NCBI GenBank assembly: GCA_032718475.1
Contig: JAUCBJ010007043.1
Coordinates: 124,001 to 188,000, forward strand
Direction of reading: 5' to 3'
DNA: 64,000 bases
From: Nemertoderma westbladi
Lineage: Eukaryota > Animalia > Xenacoelomorpha
In this document: piece after piece, positions 52,534 through 64,000 of the stretch
Layout of the letters: each line of letters opens with the position of its first letter
Position numbering within the stretch: position 1 is the stretch's first letter
The notes under the pieces: model-generated
What the model was told of the DNA's origin: nothing
Seen by the model: only the letters and a program-made list of their open reading frames with translations
Databases searched by the model: none
Program-made: the position numbers and the translations under genes

Positions 52534-53793
52534 TTAATCGATATGTATTTCTTTCCTGCTATTTAAACTTAATGATTGATCATAAATATTAAAAACGATT
52601 ACATTTATGGTTTCAACCAACGGTTCGGCAAATCTTAATTTTAATTGGCCGTTAGTATATATCGACGGTTGCGGATCTCTAACATAGCCGTCGGCGGTTA
52701 AGTCCCAGGATAGGAGGGGGCAATTACCTAAGTAGGTTTCATGGTCTATATTATTACCTCCATAACCGTTAATATATGTATTAATGTTCTTCATTAATTG
52801 AGTATACTCAAAAATATATGTTCCATCTGTAAAATTAGGATCGTATATTACACCACCTACTGGAAGACTGTCTACAATCAGTTCCGCGCGTCTAAGGTTA
52901 AAATGTTCAAATTTCAAGGGATTGCTAATTAATTCTCCCGAATAAGCGTTATTTGTTATGAAGCCGATAATAACTAATTTGGGTTTTTTACCATCAAATA
53001 TGTTTGTTTGGGTGTAATTTGTGGTTTGAGCGGGAATAGTAAATGTTGTAACCTCCTTTTTTTGGAATTGATATTCAATATCGTAACTCTCTAAACCTTT
53101 TAGGTGACTGCTTTCTATTACCGGATTAACCTCCATTCTAGGGATTAGGATCTTTATTTCATCTAATTCTAGCCGAAGATTTGTCACCGCGTTTGCGTTT
53201 GGAGTGATTTTAAAAATAAACGAATTTGATACTTTTCTAAAATGCAATCTTAAATCATACCCGGGTTGTATTATTTTGCTTTCAGTATCAAAATCAATCG
53301 TCAATCCACTTACAAATTGCATTTGTTTACTAAAGGCATCGCCAATAGGATGCGCACCGGGATCAATTTCATTTCCGTGTTCAGATAAAGGCTGATGAAA
53401 GCCACCCGCACCCAGTAGCCCATTTTTATCCTCGTAAGTTGTAAATAATAAATTGGATAAGTACGACTTGTAGAAATAATGGTTATTGCTATTTTCAACC
53501 TGCTTCTCATTAAGGTCTATTTTAATATCACTCCACATAGTTTCAGCGGGGTAATTCAGCATATATATATGGGAGTTTTCAAGTCGTCTATCCCACCGTA
53601 CAGTACATTTTGTAATTAATAACGCATCTTGCAGTTTCGTATAGAATTCATTGGATCTCGGTACAAGGAACGTGACTTCCCTAGACTCACTTCTGAGATT
53701 AGATACGGGGTAAATTGTTTCATAATGCTTTGCTTTAAATTCAGTCTGTATTGGCTGTGTAGAAAATAAATCTAATTCCTTAATAATTGACAT
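52534..53793 (-). CDS. Double jelly-roll major capsid protein (F54H12.2-like Polinton MCP)
   Basis: ELDLFSTQPIQT..YPVS N-terminus, YFYKSYL..LL, P..VIIGF..AYSG...NPLKFEHF, WDLT.D, LRFAEPL; intact 419 aa. Confidence 0.85.
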   Translation of the reverse strand: MSIIKELDLFSTQPIQTEFKAKHYETIYPVSNLRSESREVTFLVPRSNEFYTKLQDALLITKCTVRWDRRLENSHIYMLNYPAETMWSDIKIDLNEKQVENSNNHYFYKSYLSNLLFTTYEDKNGLLGAGGFHQPLSEHGNEIDPGAHPIGDAFSKQMQFVSGLTIDFDTESKIIQPGYDLRLHFRKVSNSFIFKITPNANAVTNLRLELDEIKILIPRMEVNPVIESSHLKGLESYDIEYQFQKKEVTTFTIPAQTTNYTQTNIFDGKKPKLVIIGFITNNAYSGELISNPLKFEHFNLRRAELIVDSLPVGGVIYDPNFTDGTYIFEYTQLMKNINTYINGYGGNNIDHETYLGNCPLLSWDLTADGYVRDPQPSIYTNGQLKLRFAEPLVETINVIVFNIYDQSLSLNSRKEIHID

Positions 53794-53795
53794 TA

Positions 53796-54356
53796 TTAAA
53801 AAATACTTTTTTCGCAGTGTTTCAGTTTGCCTTTTATTTTTCTCTTTTTACTACGTTGATGATGTATGTTCATAGACATTGGTCTAGCGGGTCGCTTTAA
53901 ATCTCTATAAACTTTTTCTACAACTGACCTTGTTGACGGTTTCATTTTATTTAATGCTTTATTAATAACCGTATTAGCCTGCTGATGTAAGACCCGCTTA
54001 CCTTTTGGTATTACGTGTTGTCTCATAAATTTTGTGGTAAATGGTAAAGCTTTTTGTAAAACTTTTTTAGCTAATGGCTTACCAAATTTTTTCAATGTCG
54101 ATAAAGCTTCTGTAAATATACCTTCTCCGTGTTGATTTGCCCACATACCTCTACGATAACGCTGAAAACGACGTTGTTTTAAGTTTGGACCAAATGCACC
54201 AATTTGTTGACCGTAAGGGTCAATATATGAACCACCACGAAAAACAGGAACTTGCGTCGAGCCTCTCGTACTTCTACCACCTTTAAAAACAGCAAGATTA
54301 GAGTCTGCACCACCATATTGAGGTTTACTGTATCTTTGAAATAAATCAGAATCCAT
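53796..54356 (-). CDS. Basic core/DNA-condensing virion protein with adenain-type GG sites
   Basis: YGGA, FKGGR, FRGGS, QHGEGIF followed by an amphipathic basic helix; very K/R-rich; sits between the capsid genes. Confidence 0.65.
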   Translation of the reverse strand: MDSDLFQRYSKPQYGGADSNLAVFKGGRSTRGSTQVPVFRGGSYIDPYGQQIGAFGPNLKQRRFQRYRRGMWANQHGEGIFTEALSTLKKFGKPLAKKVLQKALPFTTKFMRQHVIPKGKRVLHQQANTVINKALNKMKPSTRSVVEKVYRDLKRPARPMSMNIHHQRSKKRKIKGKLKHCEKSIF

Positions 54357-54357
54357 T

Positions 54358-54910
54358 TTAATTTATTCGTTTAAAGTGTAATGTAATAGATGTTGTCCCG
54401 TATTCAAAATTCAAATCTTTTCCTTCTTTGTCTGTTATTTCAATATGAATGTATGTTATCTTATATGATTTTTTTACAGGGATATAATGAATTGTATCCT
54501 CGACAAATTCTTTATTTATTACGCTACCATATTTCACGTCATCAGGTATCGTAACACGACGAAGTAAAGCTAAACCAAAGTCATTAATATATTGATTTTC
54601 AATTATATTAGTAGTCACGTACATGTTCGATTTAGGTTCTGGAATAGAATTGGGTGGTTGAGGGCATAAAAATACCATCTGGTAAGCTTTTTCTCCATTT
54701 CCGATAACCTTTATTAAATAACCCTTTATGTTATTTTTCGTCTTCAAAATAATTTAAAAATTTGGATTTAAATTCGCACCGAGATTATTTTCAGTAATTC
54801 CAAAATAATAGGCTAATTGTTGACCTATAAATAACTCTACGTAGTTAGAGACAGGATAGAACACAAAAGGCAATGGATAGAATACCGTGATTTTACTAAT
54901 TTTAGAGAAA
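54358..54910 (-). pseudogene. Minor capsid (penton-like) protein, 5' end destroyed by the LINE
   Basis: MYVTTNIIENQ..LLRRV..YIPV..IHIEITD..G..F..G...ITLHFKR; upstream piece QLAYYFG separated by a stop/frameshift. Confidence 0.75.
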
Positions 54911-54911
54911 G

Positions 54912-57333
54912 TGAGTTCTTAGCAGAGATTCATAGAATAACATGGGAAAAAATATACTGGGAAACAAATATTAATGTACAGTATGAAATTCTTGAAAATA
55001 CCATAGAAAAAATACTCGATAAATATGCACCATACAGACGAAAGCTTGATACTGGCCGTCCACGGGAAGCAAATAACAATAAACCTGATTGGTCCACAGA
55101 TGAACTAGAGAAACTAAATGCAGATAAGTATTCACATTTTTTAAAATGGAGAAAAACGAAATTAGACGCAGATTATAAAATATATAAAGCCATACGAAAT
55201 AAATACAACAATCTAAGTAGCAAATTAAAAAATTCGTGTATAAAGCAAAAATTTCAGGAAGCAACGGACAGCAAGAAAAGATGGAAATTAATAAATCAAA
55301 TATTACATAAAAAGGGAAAACTAAATGTTATCTGTAGTTTAAAACACTTAGGAAAGGTAATAACTGACAGCAAGAGAATGGCGGACATATTTAATGATGT
55401 TTACATTAATATTGGGAATTTTTATGATGGGGTATCGATATCGCAACAAATAGCACATTTAAATGTACCTAATAGCAATAATAATAATAAACCACAATTT
55501 TCATTTAGATGTACAAATGACAATGAAATATTATTAATACTTAGTAAGTTAAAAGAAAACAAGTCTAGTGGGCCTTCTAGAATTCCGGTTCGAATAATTA
55601 AGAAAATATCTGCAGACATATTAGCACCACTAACATATATTATTAACCAAAGTTTTACCAGATCTGAATTCCCAAATAAGCTTAAATTAGTTGATATAAC
55701 ACCAGTTTTTAAGAAAGGGGACAGTTCGGATCCTGAAAATCATCACCCTTAACTAAAGTATTTGAACGGGCAATATTTAATCAAATAGTTAGGTACATAG
55801 ACCACAACAATATGCTTTACTGTAAACAGTTTGGCTTTCGGAAGGGGTACTCTACAGTAGATGCCATAACTTACTTGACTGAATACTGGAGAGAAAAGTT
55901 AAATAAGGGGGCATACGTAGCTGTTGCATTCTTGGATCTCAGCAAGGCCTTCAATTCCATAAACAGGGAAATATTATTACACAGACTGACCGACATGGGA
56001 TTCCACAAAACGGCAATATCATTAATCAGAAGCTATCTCAATCAACGACAACAAAGGGTAAAATTACAAAACACAAAGTCCAACTGGAAAACAGAACTAA
56101 GAGGGGTTCCACAGGGTACAATTTTAGGTCCTTTATTATTTACTCTCTATACAAACGACATTCCAAAAAAAATAAGCAGCACCACAGATTTGATACAATA
56201 TGCGGACGATACAGTTATATTTACAACAGACAAAAATCCAAAAAAAGCATCACAAAAATTGGAACAGGAAGTTATAAAACTAAATGATACATTCAGACTT
56301 CACCACCTTAAACTCAATCCATCAAAAACGGAATTCTTACTTTTATCCCCTAAAGAACGAAACACACCTGAACAAATAGAACTAAATGTTGGAACTGCAA
56401 TACCGATAAACCAATCAAAATCAGTAAAGTACTTAGGAGTAGAAATAGATAACAAATTACAATGGAAGAATTATATAGATAATATATTACAAAAGATGAC
56501 CTTGAGCATTTCTAGTTTACGCAGTATTAAGGGGCAATTAACTAATAGAACCAAATTAAATATATACAAAGCTCTAACATTACCATATCATAACTACTGT
56601 AGTCAATTACTGGTATCATTGCATGGAAAACATGGTTACAAAGACATACTGTATAAATTTGAAAAGGTACAAAATTATGCACTTCGCTTAATATTTGGAA
56701 AAAAAATAAGGGACACGACAGGTACAGAACTTCGACAAAAAGCTAAGGTCCCATTATTATCTGCCCAACGAGAATATTTCGCTTTAATTTATTTTTACAA
56801 ATACATACATAACATATCTAAGCCCTACCAAAATTTAAATTTACCCTTTCGTTCAAACAAAAATCAGAAAATTAACCAACGCACTAACAATATAGTCATA
56901 CCTAAAACGAAAAACAAACACGGCCATGACAGCCTCATAGTATCTCTCATAAAATTATGGAATAAGCTACCGTTAAATGTATCGGGTGCTGCTTCATTAT
57001 TAATATTCAAGGCGAAATTATGGAAAATATACCAAACTAAATATGCAAGGGAAGAGGTAACTTAACGGATAGATGCTAATATAAATATAAATTTACATAT
57101 GTTTTATTCAGTTATTATAATTTGTTTGTGCTATAATTGGTTAGCTTGGATTTAAGTATATTACTTTATAGTAGCTTACATACTGTACGTACAGGTGCTG
57201 CGAAGCAACACCTTGGCCCTACGACGCTTATTCATTTTGATTATCAGTCTACTCTTAATGTAGACTGCCTCATGTGTTATTTATCATAACTATGAGTTTT
57301 AATGAATAAAAGAGATAAACTTAAATTAAACTT
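54912..57333 (+). mobile_element. 5'-truncated CR1/L2-group LINE; RT in ORFs 55378-55752 and 55812-57065
   Basis: KSSGP, PVFKKG, QFGFR, FLDLSKAF, GVPQGTILGPLLF, QYADDT, KYLGV; AATAAA then a short (TAAACT)-like tail. Confidence 0.9.
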
Positions 57334-59283
57334 TTTTTCAACTATTATTCCGACGGCAACGAACCTGCGATATTAGTAGATCATCCGGAGTCGCGAGAAG
57401 CGATAAGATTCTTGCCGATGGTAAGAATGGCGGATCATTGGAACATTGACTGTCTACGGGAAGTTTTATGCGCGAAGTTCTTGCGTGATGTCCCAATGCA
57501 GATCACAGATTATGACACATTGGACAAGATTGGAGCTCCGTGGAAGGAGAGCAAACTGTTTGGATGGTTGGATAAGTACATCAAAGTATGGGTCGCGGTG
57601 GCTACATTCCCAGACGACGAGGAGGTAGACCAGACATGGCTGAGGAGGAAGGGTTCTTACACCCGATATGATGACCACAAGGCTATCGAGCGCATGTGGA
57701 CCCCATCAGACGAGATTCAGCGTCAGTGGAGGAAAACGGAGGAATCACTGCAGGATTGGAGGGTGATGTTCTACGACAATGAAGGAGGGTCCCATCAGGA
57801 ATGTTTGACTAGCAAGTGCATTCAAATTCGCGCAGCCGATGGTGTGACTCATGTGTTTATGCGCGTGAGGGCGGATCGAGAGAGACTGGAGCCCATCATA
57901 ACGACACAATATCGGAGGGGGAAGGATCCTAGGGAGCAGATTTTGGAGGTATGCAGGCGAGGAGGTATGCACGGAGCGGAGCGTATCGACGCCAGGATGC
58001 TACCCAAGAAGGTTAGGAGAGGATTAGCGATATTCGAAGGAGTATATCGACAGAACATCGGAGATTTGGGAGACCGACCGTCGATGGAATATCCGACGCC
58101 AGAGGCCTTGGAGAAGTGGTTCGGGAATCAAACCCGCGGGTTTGGTACTCCCTTCCACTCGGAGGCTGATAGACCCGTTAAGGAGGGTTGGCCGGAGACG
58201 TTAGTAGAGGTGTTCGGAGTAGATCTTCCGGTGGAGAAGACATATCCGAAACGAACGCGGGAGGAAATATTGGAGATAGAGGACAAGGGCGAGGATGTTT
58301 ACTTTGTTCCGGATCGACAACCGCTGACCGGAGAGGACGACATCGTATTAGACATTGGGAAAGAAGGAAGTGCGAAACCGATTGGAGACCTCATATACGA
58401 GAGGGTCTGGTTTCCACAAGCGCGGAGGTGTAAGTTGTGCGGCAGCACAAGGCACAATCAAAAATCGTGCGACGCGGTAGTAGAGGCGGCGCATAAGTTC
58501 TGCCGTTGGTGTAATGAGACCGACCATTCGTTTCACACGTGCACCGTCTTCATTTCTCAATGCGGATACTGTGGGGTAAAGGGACATCGCAGCGCGAGAT
58601 GTCAGCTGCGAGACGATTCCTTCCAAAACCACAGCGCTAACCTACTTCGGGAGATGCTAGATAAGTGGGAGGGTGTGGCCGACTACCACATCCAAGCGCA
58701 GATGCGTTGGTTACCATTTAAGGCGGGATACGGGTTTTGGGCAGTAGACCCATCTCACGTTGCGTATGAGCCGTATCTACAGTCTTTGCCACAATATCAG
58801 GAGCTCATCTTGACCGCTCAAGACCTTCCACAGAACACTGGAGTAATTGTTGTTCAGGAATACTTTAGACAACTAAATATGGATAACAAGTACACTTGGA
58901 ACTTCGTTGCTATTTGCGATCGAATCACGAAGGGTGTATTTTCGGAAACTAGAAAGGTGGTACGCGCGAGAGGAGATTGGAGGATGGCGGCTATACAATA
59001 CCGCAACGATTTCTTGTTGACTCATGTACCAGTGGGGTCATTGACCGCTGAGAGGATACAGGAACAGAGAATCGCAGCGACCACAACGTCGACCGCTGGA
59101 GCTCAAGGCTCGTGGAGAGAACCAGGAGGAGAGGTCCAAGACAAGCGTCAAGTCAAGGACGACCACTACCACTCGATAATAGAGGCACAACGGTTGCAGC
59201 GCAAGGCGCAGGGTGCATCGGAAAAGGCAAGAGTGCAGCTGCAGAAGGAAGAATTGGCACCTAAAGAGGTGAGGTCTCTATAG
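57334..59283 (+). CDS. C-terminal ~650 aa of the family B accessory ORF, triple CCHC zinc-knuckle protein
   Basis: Frame open from the LINE tail; CKLC-x4-H-x4-C, CRWC-x4-H-x4-C, CGYC-x4-H-x4-C; homologous to 27280-29299. Confidence 0.82.
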   Translation, partial: FFNYYSDGNEPAILVDHPESREAIRFLPMVRMADHWNIDCLREVLCAKFLRDVPMQITDYDTLDKIGAPWKESKLFGWLDKYIKVWVAVATFPDDEEVDQTWLRRKGSYTRYDDHKAIERMWTPSDEIQRQWRKTEESLQDWRVMFYDNEGGSHQECLTSKCIQIRAADGVTHVFMRVRADRERLEPIITTQYRRGKDPREQILEVCRRGGMHGAERIDARMLPKKVRRGLAIFEGVYRQNIGDLGDRPSMEYPTPEALEKWFGNQTRGFGTPFHSEADRPVKEGWPETLVEVFGVDLPVEKTYPKRTREEILEIEDKGEDVYFVPDRQPLTGEDDIVLDIGKEGSAKPIGDLIYERVWFPQARRCKLCGSTRHNQKSCDAVVEAAHKFCRWCNETDHSFHTCTVFISQCGYCGVKGHRSARCQLRDDSFQNHSANLLREMLDKWEGVADYHIQAQMRWLPFKAGYGFWAVDPSHVAYEPYLQSLPQYQELILTAQDLPQNTGVIVVQEYFRQLNMDNKYTWNFVAICDRITKGVFSETRKVVRARGDWRMAAIQYRNDFLLTHVPVGSLTAERIQEQRIAATTTSTAGAQGSWREPGGEVQDKRQVKDDHYHSIIEAQRLQRKAQGASEKARVQLQKEELAPKEVRSL

Positions 59284-60829
59284 GGGTGCCAGTAACAGGC
59301 GGCGGCGGACTCGTGAGGGTCTGGGGGCACGTTAAATCTCTTCCTAAGTGCAAGGGAGATACTGATGGCCCTCGTGTCTAGCGAACCATGAATCAACATG
59401 GTGCCGTGGTACCGTCTAGTCGGCATGTTGCCGTACTGCCAGTCCTGTACACAGTAGGGGTGGTGGCATGGCGTGATTTGTGGTTCATGTGGTGTGAACT
59501 GTGATTTGTATGTGGGCGATCAGTGGCAGTTGCTTGGGGCTTGGATGGGTTCCTTTGACCATCAGCTGTTACGTTTTTTTGATACTATATGTTATTGTCT
59601 CCATGTTCAGCTGATTGGTCTTTGAGATTTGTTTGGGTCTTTGAGCTTTCTGTTGCTGTGGGTACGTGAGTACACGTGATTGTGTGTATGGCCACTGCGA
59701 GTGAGTGTGGGAAACCTTGCCAGTTGGCTCAGTCGCCACTGGTATTAGTAGGACCATATTTTACTGCGCCCTAGCATACTTTGTGCACACAAAGTTATTT
59801 TGCCCTGACGGCAAAATAAGGTACTCTCGACTCTCATGTTCTCTCTAGTCGATACAACTAGTCCCTCCCGATTTTGACCCCGATTTTGTCTTTACCGATT
59901 ATGTCCTCTGTGTGTGCATGGTATGTGTCCAATTTGTGTACTTGATATTGTGAACATCTGTTGAGTACATGTGTACAGTGACTGGTAAGTGGTTACTTGT
60001 TCTTAGCTTTTGAGCAAGACAGTATTGTTTTTCAATACTGCCGGCGATGCGGGTGAAAACGATTCAAAATTCCATGTTGGGTAGCGCAAGCCCACATGGG
60101 ACAAGACCGTCGGTTAGGCCCAAGGGCGACCTTGGTGCTCGATCGCTATCGACTGGCCCACCTGCCGGTTGACTCTCTGAGTTGGCTCAATGTACAGTCA
60201 GGCCACAGTAAGTTGACAGTAGCCGACCATCTGGCTACACGTTCGACGAGCTGTGCCGGTGTGATCGGGGAATTGAAAATTGAACCCGGGAAGCATCGGG
60301 CCACCCCCCGGCCCGGTCTGATAATAACATCAGTCGGACTGGCCCCAGGGGTGGTGGAAACACGTCCGCCTCGTGGGTGCGCCTCGGGGAGGAGCCCAGA
60401 AGGACGAAAGCAGGAAGCGACCACGGGAGCACGACAATCGGGACGAGGCCGAGGTAGAAGTACCAGTCGGGAGTCTGTCGGGGCTCAGGGAACATCGTCG
60501 CCGGTTCCGGGGAATGACGCCTCACGGACGCCGTCAACCGAGTCGACTAGAGGAAGACTGGTGTATCTGGGAAGAGGGCGAAAGAGGGTAGCGAGCCCAA
60601 AGAACCCAGGAGCGGGTCGATAATGCATTTATAGCACAGGGCGACAGACTCTAGATATATACATCATCGTCGCTCTGATGTATATTGTAGCATTTTAGAA
60701 ATATCCGACTAGACTCATATACACTAGTTGCGCTGTTTTGAATTTATATTATGAGAGAGGCGAAGGAAGTGATTGGGGAGACAAACCTGCGGGTTTGGCT
60801 TACTCCTTTCACTTACCCTAGCAAAATTT

Positions 60830-61000
60830 TATATTTTGATCTTGTATGTAGTAATCATTATGTAAGAACGAACGAGAAACAATATTTTGTAAATTTAATT
60901 TGTATGTAATAATCGTTAAACAGTGAGAGAGATAATATTTTGTAAATTTAATTTGTATGCAATTCATTATGCAATATCTATAGCAATATTTTGTAAATAA
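60830..61000. repeat. Short tandem repeats (~55 bp period) upstream of the PPT
   Basis: ATATTTTGTAAAT(TTAATTTGTATG) recurs at ~60882, 60936 and 60986. Confidence 0.7.
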
Positions 61001-61116
61001 GTGGATTTATAGTATCAAGTATTTAGATTATTTGGAAGAAATTTATTTTGTTTGTATACATCACCTATACTCTTCTACAGTTGGAGGGAAACATTGTATG
61101 ATTTCCCTTGGAGCGG

Positions 61117-63801
61117 TGTTACGGTATATGGCGCTGTACACATTATTAGCCATTATACAGTATAATATATTGGTTCATTATACAGTATAATATATTAGTC
61201 CGTTATACTGTACGCAATATTAGTCCGTTATGCAGTATAATATTTTAGATAAGACATAATAGCGAGGTGATATTTAGATAAGGAAACTGAAACGCCCATA
61301 TATTTTGAACTCATCCATTTTGTATAGTATGTAGCCCTACCTACGTAATTTCGTATTAAGATATAAGTAGATAGTTCCAGGGTAGCAAGTTCAGTTGGAC
61401 CCTGGATATGTGCTTGCTGTTATTAGCTTCGATAGGGCTAGCATCTAGGGACGCAATCCTAACCATTCCGCAGCCAGGGACATGATCCATTACCATATAT
61501 GGTAATAATTCGCGGTTTGGAAGCCCTGAGGTTCACAATCCGGCTTTCTTATTGGACTAACTGTTTCCAGGTTGGTCTAATGCTAGCGCGGACTGGAGAG
61601 CCAATAGGAGAGCGATTGCATCACCCTTATTGCATCATCCTTCTCGGATCACCTATAAAAGAGCTGTACAATCCAATCCTACTCCTCTACAACACCAACC
61701 CCGTATCATTATTCTGTGTTAAGTTTAGGAGTACAATTTGTGCGTATTTTCTGCATTTCTACCCTTTGATTAATTTTCTTGGAATGATTCGTTAGTGTTA
61801 TTATTCTTAACTGTGTTTCTCAATCAATCCTATTGATTACTGCTAATTACAACCGGAACTATGATTTCTACCTCTTTCGTTAATGGTTCTATGTAATTTA
61901 TTTCGAAGCAATAATCCTACGGGATTTCTGAGACTGTCAGACTTGTGATTTGCATGCGCCGCTACGGTAGCTATTCCATAAATGGAGGGCTAAGGTGCCA
62001 GTAGGCGGTGGGCGCATTGGGGGGTTAGCGACGAAGGGAGAGCGGAGGATTCAAAAGCGGGCAACGCTGGCGGGGGTCAACGTTGTGGTCGGGCAATTTG
62101 GACTGTAGGTTGGAGACCGCTCGCTGGTACGGTAATTAGGGGGCTGATGATCCAGGTTTTGTCTCTATTTAGTATTAGGGGGCAGGAATTGGGTTAGTTA
62201 GGAAGTCTAGACGTACCCGGGAGGGGCCTGCATACCTTACAGTAGATTGCGAATCAGTAAGTTGCGAATTAGTCAATTGCGAATTATTACGTTGCGAATT
62301 ATATAATTGCGGATTGTATAATTGCAAGTTATGCTATTGTGATCTGTGATTGCTGACGCTGATTGTTGTGTTACTGAAGTGTGCCTATGATTACGAATGC
62401 TTAGGTAGGCGCCCCTTTCTCTTTGATTGATTTCTATTTCTTAGTTACAACAAATAATTACTGATTAGGTCAAAGTAATAGGGCATTTTAGGCTATTACT
62501 AGCGAAACCTGTTGTGTAATAAATTAGAATTACGCATTCTGGAACTCTTAGTAATTAGTACGCTGTTACATATTTGTGACTGTAATTGATTAGTAAAATT
62601 AAGAATTAGTACGCAGCATAGCGGAGAGTAGCTAAGGTAATAATTTAGAGTACCGTAAACTATTCACGCTGAGCGGTTATTTGCATTAGCGGGCAATAAG
62701 CTAGATCGCAGTAGTCAGTACGCAAGACACTAGTAGATTGCTGGCCTAAAGCCAGCTGCAGGCAAGTTTAGACCCAGAGCGGTATCACCTACGAAAGACA
62801 GTGTACTGTACCAATTTTTTTGATTATTTTAAATATTCTCGCATTCACACATTCCGTTAGGGAACCGAACCCCCAGTATTCGCGATTAGAAAAGACGTAG
62901 GCAATAGTGTGCTTCAATAGTGGTAAAATTAGGCGTAAGAATACTCTGAGTGCAAAGCCCCTCGCACTCGTCTTAAGTAAGCTTAGGGAGCCGACTCGGG
63001 TTTATTGTTTTGGTTATTCCTGCGTGGCTCATAGATTCGAACAGTTAGCTCTCTATCGAGCGATCGGTAGAGAAAGGAACAAGCGATTTTGCAGGAGCCG
63101 TGTAAATTTAGTAAAATATATTAGCGGACGGCAGATTAGCGCCATCCAACGGTAAGTAGCGGTTTTGTATTTAGCAGCCTTTACAATTTAGTAATAGCAC
63201 GCTCCTGATCCCCTTTACTTAATAGTAGAGCAGTCTTTGTGTCTTATTGGTTAGGCGAGAACTCATTAGGTTGGCAGAGAGGTATACGGGTATTTGTCTG
63301 TTCAACAGTTCTGCTGTCAGTATAGGGGTCGCAGTTGTTTAACAGAGTCAATTAAACGTAAACAATGAAACGATTGCGATGGACAACTGAGTGTCTATAT
63401 TCAATCCATAACGATACGATGGCGATGGAGTCTATTACAGTATTAAACACGCAACCAGCAACCAAAGCTATCAGACGATGGCGAGGTAATCTACAAAACA
63501 CAGAATGACAGGAAGGCGACGGAGTTTATTAAACCCAGTAAGATGGTGCATAGCGAAGCGATCGAGACGGATAACGGAGTCTATCACAGTATTAAACCTG
63601 GAACGAAGACAGTGGAGTCTGTGTTCCAGGCCTAACTAAACCTAGAACAATGCGAACAAGGCTACCGGTACTGTAAAGTTAGACTAGACTGGTTTGTGAG
63701 ATTAACTTGCCAATACTAACTCAATACAATTTGCTTTCTTCGAATTCCTAATAATATTTTAATCTTAATAATAATTATTCAACATCAATTATTTTATAAG
63801 T
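61117..63801 (+). repeat. Family B 3' LTR plus probable leader of a following tandem copy
   Basis: PPT GGAGCGG at 61110-61116 then TGTTACGG; near-identical to 31374-34073. Confidence 0.88.
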
Positions 63802-64000
63802 CTTTTCAATGTATAAGATTGCTAAAGACTAAAGAGCTAACTTTAGGATAATCTGCCTTATATTTTTAGAATTATTATAATTAATTTTGTTATGTTTATA
63901 ATGAATTGTATCTTTTGACAGACTACTTGATGCGCGACCGTGATAATAAAATTAAATGGTGCCGAAATATTTTCACTTAACTGCAGGTGGGGGGGGGGGG

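Noticed and set aside
57331-57350. Possible remnant of the Polinton right TIR
   Set aside because: Only a weak AT-rich match to the left terminus, no TSD, and it reads in frame as accessory-ORF coding sequence
63799-63802. AGTC as target-site duplication of element B (matches 31370-31373)
   Set aside because: Only 4 bp where BEL usually makes 5; AGT is also present in the 5' copy; it would need a non-canonical TA end and coincides with an apparent deletion scar. Kept only as an alternative

Overview
Eukaryotic (probably invertebrate) genomic DNA made almost entirely of nested mobile elements; no host gene is evident. Bases 1-30566 hold several copies of one BEL/Pao LTR retrotransposon family ('A', four ~1.2 kb LTR copies), with CRE-like, LINE, SINE-like, Helentron-like, MITE and piggyBac-like pieces mixed in. 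Bases 31374-63800 are a second BEL/Pao family ('B'). Its extra 3' ORF has been split by a right-truncated Polinton/Maverick (adintovirus-like) element at 41235-~54910 and by a LINE. The most notable observations: (1) the Polinton encodes a convincing TATA-binding-protein (TBP) homolog next to its pPolB, plus a PC4-like protein and a TATA-ended 208-bp palindrome, which suggests its own transcription module; (2) both BEL families carry a non-env 3' accessory ORF with a triple zinc knuckle, and in family A this slot is exchangeable; (3) the 3' ends of the family A LTRs show clear compensatory base-pair covariation, lack a canonical tRNA PBS, and share a 12-mer just downstream with family B. All homology calls are by-eye motif recognition, not database searches.
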